From Eledone cirrhosa (taxonomy: Eukaryota), in the NCBI GenBank assembly GCA_964016885.1, contig OZ024752.1, positions 23,746,001 to 23,810,000 of the forward strand: a stretch of DNA of 64,000 nucleotides, read 5' to 3'. The first letter of the stretch is position 1. Every line of letters starts with the position of its first letter. Positions 26,446 through 41,434 of the stretch are shown piece by piece. Both the position numbers and the translations under genes were made by a program. Below the pieces are notes generated by a model that saw nothing but the letters and a program-made list of their open reading frames with translations, was not told the origin of the DNA and ran no database searches.

Positions 26446-26703
26446 CTCTCACAATTAATATGGTCTTTGAAGGACAAGAATATTAAATACTCCATCTCTT
26501 GGACTCGGTTAAAAAATGCCAATTCCTATCGGAACGCTTCCATTTCGCTAAATTGCAATCTTTGCAATCTTGAGACTCTATTGATAATTACAAATTATGA
26601 CAATTTAATTAACAAGAAAAATGAATTATTTAGCAGCTGCCAACATAAATTCGGTAAAACATTCCAGGCATTGTACAAGTTCCGAAAAAATATTGGCAAT
26701 TAA
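26445..26703 (+). pseudogene. Inverted copy of PLE 3 GIY-YIG C-terminus
   Basis: KDKNIKYSISWTRLK...CNLCNLE...CQHKFGK matches 22088-22338(-). Confidence 0.88.
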
Positions 26704-27212
26704 TAATAATTTTTTTTAAATATATATTTAATTTTTTGCCTTACTGGGATAATAATTTATTGAAGTTTTATCTATTAGAATAATTTCATTATGAGTCTTT
26801 GTATCCTATGTTTTGTTTAGGACAGTTCAATATTTAACTTGTCAATTGTTGATTTATTGTTTTGTATTATCACTAGATTTCAGAGTAGCTGAATGTTCAC
26901 ATATGGTGAATGAGTTATCTTCCTTTTGTTTACATTCTTCGTAAATTTTTTATTCTGTTTGAATAGCTTACTAAATTATATTTCAGATGAATTATGTAGT
27001 TTAATAATATAAAAATATATTTAAAAGGAAACTATAATAATATGTAATTACAGAAGTAAATATAAATTAACAGAATAAAACTTTTGAGAGTAAATATAAC
27101 AGAAATTTAATCCTGTAATTATATGATAATTAAAGAATAGAAATGATTTTATAAAGTAAATATCCTATTTAAATAAAATAATTCGGCTAAAAAATGGTCT
27201 TAATATATTATA

Positions 27213-27746
27213 TAGTAGCTGTGGTACCCGGCGTTGCACGGGATAAGGTATTTTGGAACGCGGGCCGCCAACAGACCTACTGCATGCCTCGACAATATGT
27301 AAAGGAAATAAACTGAATACTCTAATGACTGGATAATCTTTAAGATTTTCCTCGATGAAGTAGGAAAAATGCGGGTTTTCACCTAATGCGGGCCCTAGAG
27401 GATCAAGAAAATGAATTTTTTTATGTGCATAATATGCCTTGAAATATCGGGAAAATCGGCTAGACGTAACGTCTCAAAAAAGCTCTAAAAAGCTGAAAAA
27501 ATGAAGTTTTTCACCTAGGCCATAAAAAAGTTAGAGTGACTAATTTATAATTACAATTTTAAGGAAATCAGTCTGACGTAACGCCTAAAAAAAAAACTAA
27601 AAACCTGAAAAAACGCAGCTTTTCACCTAGAGGATGCAAAAGTTGAATTTTTATGTGCGTAACACTCCCTGAAACATAAGTAATACACATGTAAAGGTTG
27701 AAAAATGTCGGTTGGGTACTTCTCGAGTTTAGGGATTCAAACTTAC

Positions 27747-27810
<64 letters not shown>

Positions 27811-28132
27811 CACACACACACACAGATATCCTCAGGGAAGTGACGTAATGCAGACAGTTAGACATACAGACTGATATTATAAGGGCACGACTTTATATGT
27901 ATGTATCTATCTAAAAAGAGAAAGACTAAGAATTATAGAGTGAGATCGCTAAATCGCCTAATGCCGTCCCTAGGGCATTGAAAATTTGAAATTTCTTTTA
28001 CTCAGAACACTCCCTGAAACATAACTATTACATGTGTAAAGTTTGAAAACAGTCGGTTGGGTGGTTCTCGAGTTTTAGGGATTCAAACTCATACACACAC
28101 AGACAGACATCCTCAGTTTTATATATATATAG
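27213..28132 (-). mobile_element. Non-autonomous Helitron-like element inserted in the PLE 3 right arm
   Basis: Reverse-complement 3' hairpin CCCGTGCAACGCCGGG near the terminus. Absent from the left arm, where the empty site is an AT-rich run, and no TSD is seen. Confidence 0.8.
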
Positions 28133-29404
28133 ATATTGATGGTGATATATGCATGTATTTTAATATATATTTTAAATGCATGTTTAATAATTATTTTAAT
28201 TTGTTTTAAAGATAAACATTTTTTTTTAAGTTGTAACAAAATACTTAAGCAATATATTACTTAAACTAAAATTATAATCTATAATGAGTTAAATTAAATT
28301 ATATAAATTTTTAATTAAACCAATTATGTGACGGCTATAAAAAGTAATGTATATTGACTAATTTTGATATAATATATAAGTATAATTAGCTTAACCATAA
28401 TCAAATACAAGAGATATTCAATGGTTTATGGTAATTGGTTGGTTGCCTCAATCGACCTAATATTTGAAAACAACGGTATTTTCTATATATCCCAACATAT
28501 ATTTTATGTTCCCTCTCTTTTGTCGTTATTTCTCCTTTCGTCTTCCTCTATTCATCCACACTTTTATTTATTTTTATTCATTTAAATATTTAGCTATGTA
28601 TTTATTTATTTGTTCTTATTTTTTATTTTTTATTTCTTTCTTTCTTTCTAGAGAGATAGCTTTTATAACTGAGAAAAATATAGTGTTTTACATAGAGAGG
28701 TTGAAAAACCGTTGGAAGATAATGTATAAATTAAAAGAATTTCAAAATTAACGAAGAGAAAAATAATGTAAAGTTAAGGTATGTATATTGAAGGGTTTAA
28801 TGATATGTGCGATGAAAAGAAATTGTTAATATGTATTAAGAATAATATTTAAGGGTTTAATAATATGTGCGATGGAAAGAAAATTTTAATATGTATTAAG
28901 AATAATATTTAAGGGTTTAATAATATGTGCGATGGAAAGAAAATGTTGGTATGTATTATTAAAAATAGCAAAGGTAATGTAAGTAAGGATATATTGTGAA
29001 AAAAGTAGAAGATAGGGTGAAATAGTTAGATGAGCATGAAAGTGAGAAAAAAATAATGAATTGAGGATGAATAATCTAACGTCAGAAAAATGTTTATGTT
29101 TACGAAGGATTTTTTCAAGGTGATATGAAGTAAGAATATATTGTATTGTGTAATAATTGTTTCTATGTTAGGCACAGTGAGAAAAGGTACAGATTAGGGG
29201 TTAGAAATTAAAAGAAAAAGAAAAGAGAAGGAAAAGGAAGAAAGGGAAGTGATAAATAGGAGTGATATAGAATGAGTAACAAGTATTATATAATGTATAA
29301 TAAATAACTTTGAAATAAGGTAGAAAGATGGGTATATTTTTAAAGAAGTATATATATATATGTGCCTTTGAGAAAAGGATTCTAAATTGATAAAGTATTG
29401 GATA

Positions 29405-30295
29405 TTAGCTGTATACTTTATGGAATGTTCTGTGGAATTTATGCAAGCAGAGAGAAAACAAGTCAGTGCGTCTATTTATTATAGAATCTAAATTAGATAT
29501 AATGGTAAATTTTTCATTTAGACAGAGATTGCAAGTCTTGGATAGAGAACTATTCAAGTAGGGAGAAGCAGAAGAAACCTTTTTCCAAGAGATGTTATAT
29601 TTAATATTTTTGTCTTTCAAGGACCATATGAGTTCTGGAAGAGCCGTGTTGGTTCTTTTAAGTTGGTATTTAAAAGACTAATGATGATTATAAAGACGAG
29701 CTTTAAAGGAGGTGGAAGTGGAGCCAAAATAGGTGAAGGAATTGGTGTCAGTTATAACTTTACATTCGTAGATTAAGTTTTTATCAAGACAATGGTTGTT
29801 GAGAGGACATTTATTTTTAACAGGGCAATTGCAATTGCGATTAGAGAGATTATTAACGAGTGACCTAGTGTTATCTATAGAAGGAATTGGATTGGAGAAG
29901 TTATTTGCGATAGGGATAATAGTTTCTTGATTTAGAATGGGATTAAGAACATTTAGCGAAGTTGTGTTTGACGTTGTATTTGGGTTTGCAGAAATTAGCC
30001 TAGAGTTTACAATGACGTCGGGAGTACTATTACTATTATTATGATATTCAGTGTTGGAAGGGAGAGATTTAGTATTTAGTATTTTATTGTTGTGTTTAGA
30101 GATAATGTTGGAAATGTTGGAGGATGTCGAATAGGAAAATTTTATAGTGTGTTTGTTAAATATTTTACTATAGATATGTGAGGGAGGGAAGCATTTATTT
30201 AAGGCACTAAAAAATAATTTAGGAATATTATTATTAATAGAGATGGAGAAAGGAGCATTATACCAGATTATGTTTTTGTATCTAGCTCTTTTATT
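29405..30295 (-). pseudogene. Naiad-type PLE ORF C-terminus
   Basis: IIWYNAPFS; CFPPSH..IFNKHTIKFSYST; CNCPVKNKCPLNNHCL..LIYEC; YFGSTSTSFKARL; CNLCLNEK; IINRRTD..CLHK; one TAG stop. Confidence 0.88.
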
Positions 30296-31272
30296 CTAAT
30301 ATCCAATACTTTATCAATTTAGAATCCTTTTCTCAAAGGCACATATATATATACTTCTTTAAAAATATACCCATCTTTCTACCTTATTTCAAAGTTATTT
30401 ATTATACATTATATAATACTTGTTACTCATTCTATATCACTCCTATTTATCACTTCCCTTTCTTCCTTTTCCTTCTCTTTTCTTTTTCTTTTAATTTCTA
30501 GCCCCTAATCTGTACCTTTTCTCACTGTGCCTAACATAGAAACAATTATTACACAATACAATATATTCTTACTTTATATCACCTTGAAAAATCCTTCGTA
30601 AACATAAACATTTTTCTGACGTTAGAATATTCATCCTCAATTCATTATTTTTTTTTCACTTTCATGCTCATCTAACTATTTCACCCTATCTTCTACTTTT
30701 TTCACAATATATCCTTACTTACATTACCTTTGCTATTTTTAATAATACATACCAACATTTTCTTTCCATCGCACATATTATTAAACCCTTAAATATTATT
30801 CTTAATACATATTAAAATTTTCTTTCCATCGCACATATTATTAAACACTTAAATATTATTCTTAATACATATTAACAATTTCTTTTCATCGCACATATCA
30901 TTAAACCCTTCAATATACATACCTTAACTTTACATTATTTTTCTCTTCGTTAATTTTGAAATTCTTTTAATTTATACATTATCTTCCAACGGTTTTTCAA
31001 CCTCTCTATGTAAAACAATATATTTTTCTCAGTTATAAAAGCTATCTCTCTCTCTCTATCACCCATCTCTCCTCCTATCTCATCCTTCCTCATTATACTC
31101 CTCCCCCTCCACTTTTTACTCTCATCTCCTCCTCTTTTTCATCCTTTCCAACCTCCCCCCCCCTCAAAAAATATTTTCCAAATATCACACATCAATCTAA
31201 AACTACTTTTCATGTGTTGATTTAAAACTGCACTATCCACAAGTGTTTTTTAACCTTCATATCATGTCTTCC

Positions 31273-31343
31273 TATTTTATCTGATGAAAACACAAATGTT
31301 ATTGCATGATGATATTTGTTTTTGAAATGCGCATAATAAAATA
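31273..31343 (+). ncRNA. Hammerhead ribozyme of PLE 4
   Basis: TATTTTAT-CTGATGA-AAAcACAAATGTTATT..GATGATATTTGTTTT-GAAA TGCGCAT A-ATAAAATA; 8-bp stem I, palindromic stem III. Confidence 0.85.
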
Positions 31344-31695
31344 CATGGAACTCTTTTAACCATCTTTTGATCTTATATATTATGTATACTCCAGTCCTAC
31401 AAACTGTAGAGTGCTTCTTATCCGATATCTGCATTGCTTTATTGTACTACAATAAAACTCACCTCCTACATATATATATATATATATTATGTATATATTA
31501 TATATATATATTATATATATATATATCAAATATATATATTTATATATTATGTATATATTATATATATATAATATATATTTATAATATATATATAATATAT
31601 ATATATATAATATATATATATATAATATATATATATATAATATATATAATATATAATATATATATATATATAATATATATATAATATATATATAT

Positions 31696-31728
<33 letters not shown>

Positions 31729-31790
31729 ATATATATATAATATATATAATATATATATATATATATAATATATATATATATATAATATAT

Positions 31791-31867
<77 letters not shown>

Positions 31868-31940
31868 TATAATATATATATTATATATTATATATATATA
31901 TATATAATATATATATAATATATATATTATATATTATATA

Positions 31941-31984
<44 letters not shown>

Positions 31985-31999
31985 TTATTTATTTATTTA

Positions 32000-33030
32000 T
32001 TAATACTACTGCGCATTCTATTTTCTGTCTGGCCCTTATTCACTCATCCACATATATGTCTGTTTACCAACCTTGTAATTATAAGTAATTATATATTATA
32101 TTATGTTTATTATTTTATATTGTAGTTGTTATTGTGCTATTGATCCTTATTACTTACCGTTGATTATATGTACCATTATGATATGTTAAATTTTATATAT
32201 CATGTAAGATGTTTATATTTTTGTACCATCATAATTTTGCGTATTGTACAATTTATATTTTTTCTCACCTACTCTGTAACTCTATATGAATTGATTTGTT
32301 AACTTACATGCCATTATATATTATATATTATATATTATATATGTTATTATATTATTATTATAGTATCATTGTGACATCTATATTGTTTGTGTAAATTAAC
32401 CGGAGATTATCTATTACATTATATTATATAGTATATAATTATATAGTTTATTATATATTATATGTGTTACTTTTAATCATTTTATTACTTCATGTATATT
32501 AGATATACGTATTATTATTATTATTATTATTCCTATCATGCTTATTTATATTTAAACTCTTAATAAGGTCTAATTTGTGCTGTTAAAGATGGATATGTGT
32601 ATTGATGTATATGTATATGTGCGTACGTGTGCGTACATATATACATATGTATATTGTGCCTTTTAATTTTTATTGTAATTTTAATATTGTTACAAGTATA
32701 TTATATTATATTATATAGTATTATATATAATTCCCGCTCTATATAACCACCTTTGTTTAGCTCTAGGTTTTTTTTGCTTTGGACTATATTTGTAATATGG
32801 TTCTAAATGTCATACACCTCCTTAGTGATTTTTATTATATATTTTTACCCATAATCTTGCAATACTTTAGTGTATGTACACTCCATATTCTTCGGAGTTT
32901 TCGGCTTGTATTGGCCGATAGTACTTCTTGTTGTTTTAATTGCCCTGATGAGTCCTTAATAGGACGAAACATTGTTGGCTAATAAAAACTTTTGATGTAT
33001 TGAAGGCTTCTTTGTTTTATTTTCCTAATA
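32000..33030 (+). mobile_element. Probable PLE 3' UTR/pLTR fragment
   Basis: AT-rich non-coding segment between (TA)n tracts that ends ~50 nt after an HHR. Confidence 0.55.
32941..32981 (+). ncRNA. Minimal hammerhead ribozyme
   Basis: GCC-CTGATGA-GTCCT taat AGGAC-GAAAC ATT GTT-GGC. Confidence 0.88.
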
Positions 33031-33498
33031 TATATATATATATATATATCTGTGCCGACCTTTAAAGTTACAACATACCCGCTTTGGCTAAGAACGAAAG
33101 ACTTGCTGAAGAAGTAAATCCTATGTTCTGTCGTCAAAAACCAATATATTGCAGACTCCTGCAATAGGAATTTGTCGATCATGGATTTGCAGAAACTTAG
33201 CACTGATGTTGCGTGCGATATTGCGATCTATATTGTGGATACACCATGTGGGTTATATATTTTACACTCAGCCTCAGCGTTATGTCCAGGTCAGTAAAAA
33301 ATCTTTTCCTGGGTCCTGTATTTTCGTTGCTCTGGTAATGCGGTCGGACTGCCGACTGCTATATCTGATTTGCTAAGCTGTCTGAACATAATGTTATTAC
33401 TCTGGGGTCTTACCTCATCTGAGTGCTAAAGCTACAGACCGAATATGCATACACGCTAGCTTGGCCGTATACTAGAGCTTCATCTATGCTGTACTAAA

Positions 33499-33556
<58 letters not shown>

Positions 33557-33559
<3 letters not shown>

Positions 33560-33980
33560 GTTTATATTTAATTTGTTAGGATTCAAAAAGCTTAAAAAAT
33601 GTTATAACTGATATAAAACACTCAACAGATTAGTGGAGTAAATACACATTATATTAATAAATGGAAACTATATTTATAAAACCATATTTATTTTATTATA
33701 TATATTTCAAAAGCAACCAAGGCAAATTATGGTGCGCTTTCATCAGATAAAATACAGATTTGTTTTACAAATAAATTTTGACATCCCGGAAAAAAGACAA
33801 CCTTAGCTTCAAGTGTTAAGGTTGTCGTTTTTCCGGGTATGTCAATATTTATTTATAAAACAAATCTGTATTTTATCTGATGAAAGCGCACCATAATTTG
33901 CCTTGGTTGCCCTTGAAATATCTATAATAAAATAAATATGGTTTTATAAATGTAGTTTCCATTTATTAATATAATGTATA
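33557..33980. mobile_element. Miniature inverted HHR element (~155-bp arms plus ~90-bp one-sided extension)
   Basis: ~33648-33804 is the reverse complement of ~33817-33978. HHRs at 33689-33754(-) and 33869-33934(+): TATTTTAT-CTGATGA-AAG.GCA.CCA..TGG.TGC.CTT-GAAA TAT.TAT A-ATAAAATA. Confidence 0.85.
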
Positions 33981-34084
33981 TATATATATATATATATACA
34001 CGTGTCTGGGCACATTGATATACTTGTCAACGAAACTATATATATATATATATGTAGATAAATTTATATATATGTAGATTAAAT

Positions 34085-34114
<30 letters not shown>

Positions 34115-34118
<4 letters not shown>

Positions 34119-35107
34119 AAACAGAGAATATCTGTCTGTCAGCTCCCTAAAACTCGAGAACCACTCAATCGATTGTTTTGAAACTTTACACATGTAACAC
34201 TTATGGTCCTGTGAGTGTTTTGAGCAAAAGATATTTCAAATTTCCCCCTTATATTATCTGTCTGTATGTCTGGCTGTCTGTATGTCTGGCTGTCTGCATT
34301 ACGACATTATGACGCTGTGTGTGTGTATATATCTATATATATATATGAAAGCAAGTCGGTCTGTATGTGTGTCTGTCTGTGTACAAATACTAGGCTCCTT
34401 TTAACTTTTGAAGTACTAGGCAGATTTGCTTCAAGGAATGATATTTCTATGTCCAGTGGATGGTCAACGTGGTAGTGGCAGCGCCATCTTACGCATAGGG
34501 TTGAGTCTACTGAAGGACATACGGTGCGTCTATTCCATCTTTATCCCCTTACTCATTCCTACTACAGCAAGGCCGGACCTGAAATCATTCACGTCAATTA
34601 ACTCAAGCTACCCCATGAATTGTTTTTATGTTGTCGTTTATTTCACTCAATCATGTCACTGTACACCCATTTTGTTAAACTTTTTTTTACAATCACATTT
34701 CAATTCTTTGCTCAACCTTTGGCTCTCTTTATACGGACAAATAGGCTGTCATTCATTTCCCGAGCAACGCCGGGTAAATCTGCTAGTGTATATATATATG
34801 TGTATATATATATATAGATAGTGTGTAACGTTTTTCGAAATATTTACTTCTGCGTTCACAGATCGATCTTTTTAGTTTCAGAAGATCCCGTTAAGAGTGA
34901 AAGCAGCGATTCTTTTCTTGAACTTGAATCTGTTATTTAAATATATATATATATATAATTATATATTCGTGTACAGATATTTTTGCATACACAATAACAA
35001 AATATAAACAAACGTATTTATTTCACGAGGCCCGATAAGGATAAATATATATCAAATATATAATAACCCTAGAGCAAATCCCGACCAACGCCGGGCCATT
35101 CTGCTAG
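34115..35107 (+). mobile_element. Non-autonomous Helitron-like element with a nested second one (~34340-34787)
   Basis: Two CCCGA.CAACGCCGGG...CTGCTAG 3' ends near 34787 and 35107; body matches the reverse complement of 60272-60870. Confidence 0.75.
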
Positions 35108-35109
35108 TA

Positions 35110-36429
35110 TATATATAATATAAAGCTGACGGTCGTATGTATGTAAAACATTTTCGCCGAACGGCTGGACCAAGCAGCACCAAATTTGCACTAGAGATGA
35201 AACTTTTTCCAAGTAAAATAGTGACGGTATTTTTGTCTACTGAATTTTTTAAAAGATTAAAGACATTATTTAAATATTCACTTCTTTAAAATTCCAAATG
35301 TCAACACTTCCGGTTATACGACATTCCTCACCTTTTTTTAGTCTGTCTTTTTTTATATAGATACATATCTATGACATCGGGCCCTTATAATATGTCTCTG
35401 TATGTCTGGCTGTCTGCATTAGATAACGTTTTTCGAAATATTTACTTCTGTGTTCACAGATTGATTTTTTAGTTTCAGAAGATCCCGTTAAGTGTGAAAG
35501 CAGCGATTCTTTGCTTAAACTTTAATCTGTTATTTTAATATATATATTCGTGTACAGATATTTTTGCATACACAAAAACAAAAACCTATTTATTTCAGGA
35601 AAGCACGGATACCTGCCCACATTTAAAGTACAGGGCCAAGTGTACCACACGATCGGATGTTTCCTACCACTGACCGACGAAGACCACAAGTTTTTTGCAA
35701 ATCTACTTCATTGGAGATGCAGATTCACAAGCGATACGTCGCCATCGGTCCATCCCAGGAACCAGACTTGAAATCATTCGCCAGTTACAGGACATGTTAA
35801 GCGACTTCAGTTTCCAATAAGACTAAGCTTCGCGATTACCATCAAGAAAGCTCAGGGTCAAACCCTAAAAGTGGGTGGCCTTCATCTGGGAAACCATGCT
35901 TCTCCCATGGTCAATTGTATGTAGGATGCTCTAGGGTGAGCTCGCCAAACAATCTCTTCATCTTTGCTCCGGAGGGCCGAACAAAAAATATTGTATACTC
36001 TGAGGCTCTAACAATGTAATTTATGTATTTTCTGTTACTTGGAATTTACATTATGGTTGTACAAATTATTGTACAACCATAATGTAAATTCCAAGTAACA
36101 GAAAATACATAAATTACATTGTTAGAGCCTCAGAGTATACAATTTTTCCATTATGGTTGTACAAATTATTGTTTGTTAAAAAATGTGTTCTCTGTTCAGC
36201 CTTTATTGTTGTAACTATCAATTTTCTTTAACGTACTGGCTGCTGAACTGGGGAATCCTAAGAACTATTCAAACCCCAAATCAGAGCACGTTAACCCCCA
36301 CCAACCACCTACCCCAACCTCGCAGACTTGACAGGGCGTGCGGTATCTTTGCACTGGGGTGGAGAGGGGATTCCTGAAAAGATAAAATACTGGTATACCT
36401 AGCCGGACACCAGCCGGATGGGCCAGCTA

Positions 36430-36430
<1 letters not shown>
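35110..36430 (+). mobile_element. Internally deleted Helitron with Rep/Hel coding remnants
   Basis: GYLPTFKVQGQVYHTIG..LP (N-terminal region) fused near 35800 to the PIF1 C-terminus RLQFPIRLSFAITIKKAQGQTL..HGQLYVGCSRV..TKNIVY. 3' hairpin CCGG..CCGG followed by CTAG. Confidence 0.85.
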
Positions 36431-36491
<61 letters not shown>

Positions 36492-36809
36492 ATACTTGGG
36501 GAGAGTCATATTGTTGTAATAATATTGCCAGAAATAATAACAGAACACACTCACTGTTTGGTTGGTTTTCGCTTCTGTATCTTTTCTATCTCCATAGTTA
36601 ATTCATTTGGTCCTCAATGTTTATCATTAACTGACCAACGGTCAAAAGTACAGGTATAATATAGATATAAACACATATATATAGTTTAACAATGTTCTTT
36701 CGTTGCACATCTGCAACATCATCAGTGGTACTATTATGTTCATCCTGTTGCATTTTAAGTCTACGCCATTTTTATTTTATCTGTAAATTGTAATGATAAT
36801 AGACTATGT

Positions 36810-37860
36810 GTGTGTGTGTGTGTTTCCGCATAACTTCTACAACTTGTAACCGATTTTCTTCAGATTTGGCACAAACATGCGTTATGCTCCTGCCCTTCGT
36901 ACGAATTCATTATATTTTCAGATTTATGTCTACTGCACCCTCTATAAGAGAAAACCCGACTTTAAAAAATCATTTTTGTCAATAACTTCTACAGTATACA
37001 TCCGATTTCCTTCAAATTTGGAACAAACATGCATTATGTTCCCGACTTTATTTTGGACGTATAACATTTTGATTATCGCACTCGCTGAACTAGAAAAAAC
37101 GAATCGAATAAATCCGCATCATTATAATGCCTACAGTTTGCGACCAATTTCCTTCAAATTTGGAACAACTATGCCCCTTGTACCAAACATTATTTTGTAC
37201 TAACCAGTAATGCACTGGGATAATTTCTGGCCTGGTGCCAAAAGTAGAAACAATTATTTTGTACTAACTAATTTTTCGAGTTTTTATCTAATTCAGGCCT
37301 TGTTTGAGAAAAACTAAATTTTAAAAAGTATCAACGTCAATAACTTCTACAGTTTGCGGCCGGTTTTATTCAAATTTGCACGAATTATGCATTGTGGTCC
37401 GTTTAATATTTCTTACTCATAAAATTTTAGTTTTTCTGCCTACTGTAGCCCCTAGCAGCTGAAAATCAACTCAAACGGCCACCTCAATTGCATCGTTTCC
37501 TGCTTGGTCCATGCGGGTTTATCGATTTTTTCCCCACTGGCATAGCACGTGATGCACAGATGTTTAGTATAAAGGGCGCATTTCATAAGACATCGGTTGT
37601 ACCAGAAAAAGCTAAGCTTAATTGGTGAAAAAGAGTCAGAACGGATCCATTGAAAAAGTCCCCGCCAACGGTTAGCAACAATAACACCGAGTGTTACTGG
37701 TTTATTTTTTCACCAAAGAAGTAGGGCACAAACTACAATCTATGCTTCTGCTACATGTGAGCAACTCAAAATGATATTTTATTTTTTTATTTATACGTGT
37801 TACTACACATTTGAAGTTTAATTGTTCTAATCCCATGCAACGCTGAGCTACACTACTAGT
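36810..37860 (+). mobile_element. Helitron-like non-autonomous element with internal repeats and a SINE 3' fragment (~37204-37258)
   Basis: Recurring ATAACTTCTACA..CCGATTT.CTTCAAATTTG units; ends CCCATGCAACGCTGAG..CTAG. Confidence 0.55.
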
Positions 37861-37964
37861 AATATATATATATATATATTATATATATCTGATATACATA
37901 TGCATAATATATATTTATATTATATATATTGTATATATATGTATATATATATATTATATATATG

Positions 37965-38040
<76 letters not shown>

Positions 38041-38872
38041 TATATATATGTATATTATATATATGTATATTTTATATATATGTATATTATATATATATGT
38101 ATATTATATATATATGTATATTATATATATGTATATTATATATATGTATATTATATATATATATTATATATATATATGTATATTATATATATATATATTA
38201 TATATATGTATATTATATATATATATATTATATATATGTATATTATATATATGTATATTATATATATATATATTATATATATATGTATCTTATATATATA
38301 TGTATATTATATATATGTATATTATATATATGTATATTATATATATATATATTATATATATGTATATTATATATATGTATATTATATATATGTATATTAT
38401 ATATATGTATATTATATATATATATATTATATATATGTATATATATTATATATATGTATATATATTATATATATGTATATATATTATATATATATATATT
38501 ATATATTTAATATATATATATATATGTATGTAAATATATTATATATATATATATATTATATATATATATATTATATATTTAATATATATATATATTATAT
38601 ATTTAATATGTATATATATATTATATATTTAATATATATATATATATTATATATATATATATTATATATTTAATATATATATATATATTATATATTTAAT
38701 ATGTATATATATATTATATATTTAATATATATATATATATTATATATATGTATATATATTATATATATGTATATATATTATATATATATATATATATATT
38801 ATATAATTAATATATATATATATATTATATATTTAATATATATATATTATATATATGTATATTATATATATA

Positions 38873-38960
<88 letters not shown>
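37861..38960. repeat. Degenerate (TA)n / TATATATATGTATAT satellite
   Basis: Low-complexity tract; a similar pattern resumes at 47737-47980, so PLE 5 appears to have inserted into it. Confidence 0.95.
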
Positions 38961-38966
<6 letters not shown>

Positions 38967-39020
38967 TAAACAAATAATGAATAAAACAATGAAACAGTTC
39001 CTTATATTAAACAAAAAAAG

Positions 39021-39175
39021 TTCATTATTTAACGATCGTTTCTAGGATATATATGTGTTAGAATTGGCATGCATATTCAACAGATCTATGTACAAAATTA
39101 TACAAAATTATACAAACTATCAAGATTAAATATACATACCAAACACACATATACGCCGTCTTCAGAAATAATGAA
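39021..39175 (-). ncRNA. Hammerhead ribozyme of PLE 5, left arm
   Basis: Reverse complement of 47385-47539. Confidence 0.75.
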
Positions 39176-39817
39176 ATATATTTATTGATAATAACAACAA
39201 TTCAAAATTTCAGGTCCGTTTGGGAACAAAATTGACCAATGAAAATACAAAAGGTTTTATGCAGTTTGGTGTGTGTATATACATGTAACTACCCCGTACA
39301 CATATTTATACAAAGATGTATGCTCAACATGCATACGCATGCCAAAAAGATGCATGCAAATACAAAATTTCAAGGTTAATGTCTCTGTAAGTTTATAATG
39401 CACAGATAAGATGCGTATAGACACATAAATATGAAATAAGTGTATACACATATTCTCATACTCACACATATCCGTACACTCACACACACGCGCGCGTATA
39501 TGCATAAACATACACATAATTACGAACATACATACACACACACACCCCCACACACATATATATATGTGGATATAATATTATCATAAGCACATGGATATTA
39601 ATTCACTCACATAAACACTGCCACACACATTTAGATCAAGATACAGAAATTAGGTGGGAGGGGGGAGAGGTCAGTATTCAACGGTTTGGGCAGACTGCTT
39701 ATTTATAGATGTATCTATAAACTAAGAAATAAAAAATAAAAATTAAAAAGGAAAGAAAAGAAAAAGAAAAAAGAAAAAAGAAATATATCAAGAAAATATA
39801 TATATATATATATACAT

Positions 39818-39877
<60 letters not shown>

Positions 39878-40263
39878 CTACACTTAGAACACACATACAC
39901 ACACATATATAAACATATAAATATACACACATACACACATATACACACATACATATAAATATATATATATATATATACACACATATATACACATATAATC
40001 ACACATACATATATAGACACACATATATATACACATACACGCACATATACATACACATACATACTTATATACATACAGATATACACATACATACCTATAT
40101 ATACACACAAATATATACAGACATACATACATACATACACACAAATACTTACGCATCCATATATCGGTATATACATACAAACACCACTACACTCTCACAC
40201 AACTCAGACATACAAAGAAAAAGGTATATACCTATACACATATACACATACAAATAGAGATAC

Positions 40264-40295
<32 letters not shown>

Positions 40296-40506
40296 ATATA
40301 TATATATATATACATACACATATACACACATATATATACATACACATACATACATGTACACACACATACATATACATACATACACACATACACACATACA
40401 TATATAGTCATACACACACATACACCTACACGAACATACACATGCACATATATAAAGATATATATACACACACACACATACACACACACACATATATATA
40501 AAATAA

Positions 40507-40559
<53 letters not shown>

Positions 40560-41116
40560 CACATATACATAGACATATATGTACATACATACACATACAT
40601 ACATACATATACACACATATATATATATATATATACACACATAGACACATACATACATACACACACAACATACATACACACACATATATACTCATACATG
40701 GACATAGATATATATTCATACATACATACGCACTTACATATACTCATATATACAAATACATACGCATCCATATATGCGTATATACATACAAACACCACTA
40801 CACTCTCACACAACTCAGACATACAAAGAAAAAGGTATATACATATACATATATACACACATTAATAGAGATACATATACACATATATATATATATATAT
40901 ATACACATACATTTATATATATACACCCACACACACATACAACCATAAACACACATACAAACACACACATACACACATATATACATACATATATATACAC
41001 ACACACAAAAAACACACATACACATATATATTTTTACACATATATATACACATATATACATATACACACCCTCACATATACACACATACACATAAGTTAT
41101 ATTATAATAATAAATA

Positions 41117-41147
<31 letters not shown>

Positions 41148-41387
41148 CGAATATAGACATATATACACACATAGATATACATATATATATATATATATAC
41201 ACAACACACACACACACACTCACATATATATGTGCGCATACGTACATATATACACATACACACATATACACATAAACATATACATGTGCATACATGTACA
41301 TACACACATATACCCACATAGATACGAAGATAGACATATATATAGAGAGAGACATACACATATATACACATATATATACACATACAT

Positions 41388-41434
<47 letters not shown>

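Larger units (their letters stand above)
20101..28650. mobile_element. Penelope-like (Naiad-type) element 3 with inverted arm, carrying nested family B array, RTE and Helitron
   Basis: Minus ORF pieces at 26117-26445 and 22088-22940. ~26445-28650 is the reverse complement of ~21170-22338 apart from insertions. HHR at 20195-20288. Confidence 0.88.
28651..31470. mobile_element. Penelope-like (Naiad-type) element 4 with inverted arms
   Basis: 28651-29407 is the reverse complement of ~30297-31050. Minus ORF remnant 29405-30295. ~59-bp tandem repeats in the UTR. HHR at 31273-31343. Confidence 0.88.

Noticed and set aside
33050-33500. Unique segment between (TA)n tracts, possibly another PLE end
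   Set aside because: No HHR core, ORF or second copy found in the window.
36685-36732. Minus-strand CTGATGA-stem-GAAA motif
   Set aside because: Stem II is good but stems I and III do not pair convincingly; possibly a decayed HHR, not called.
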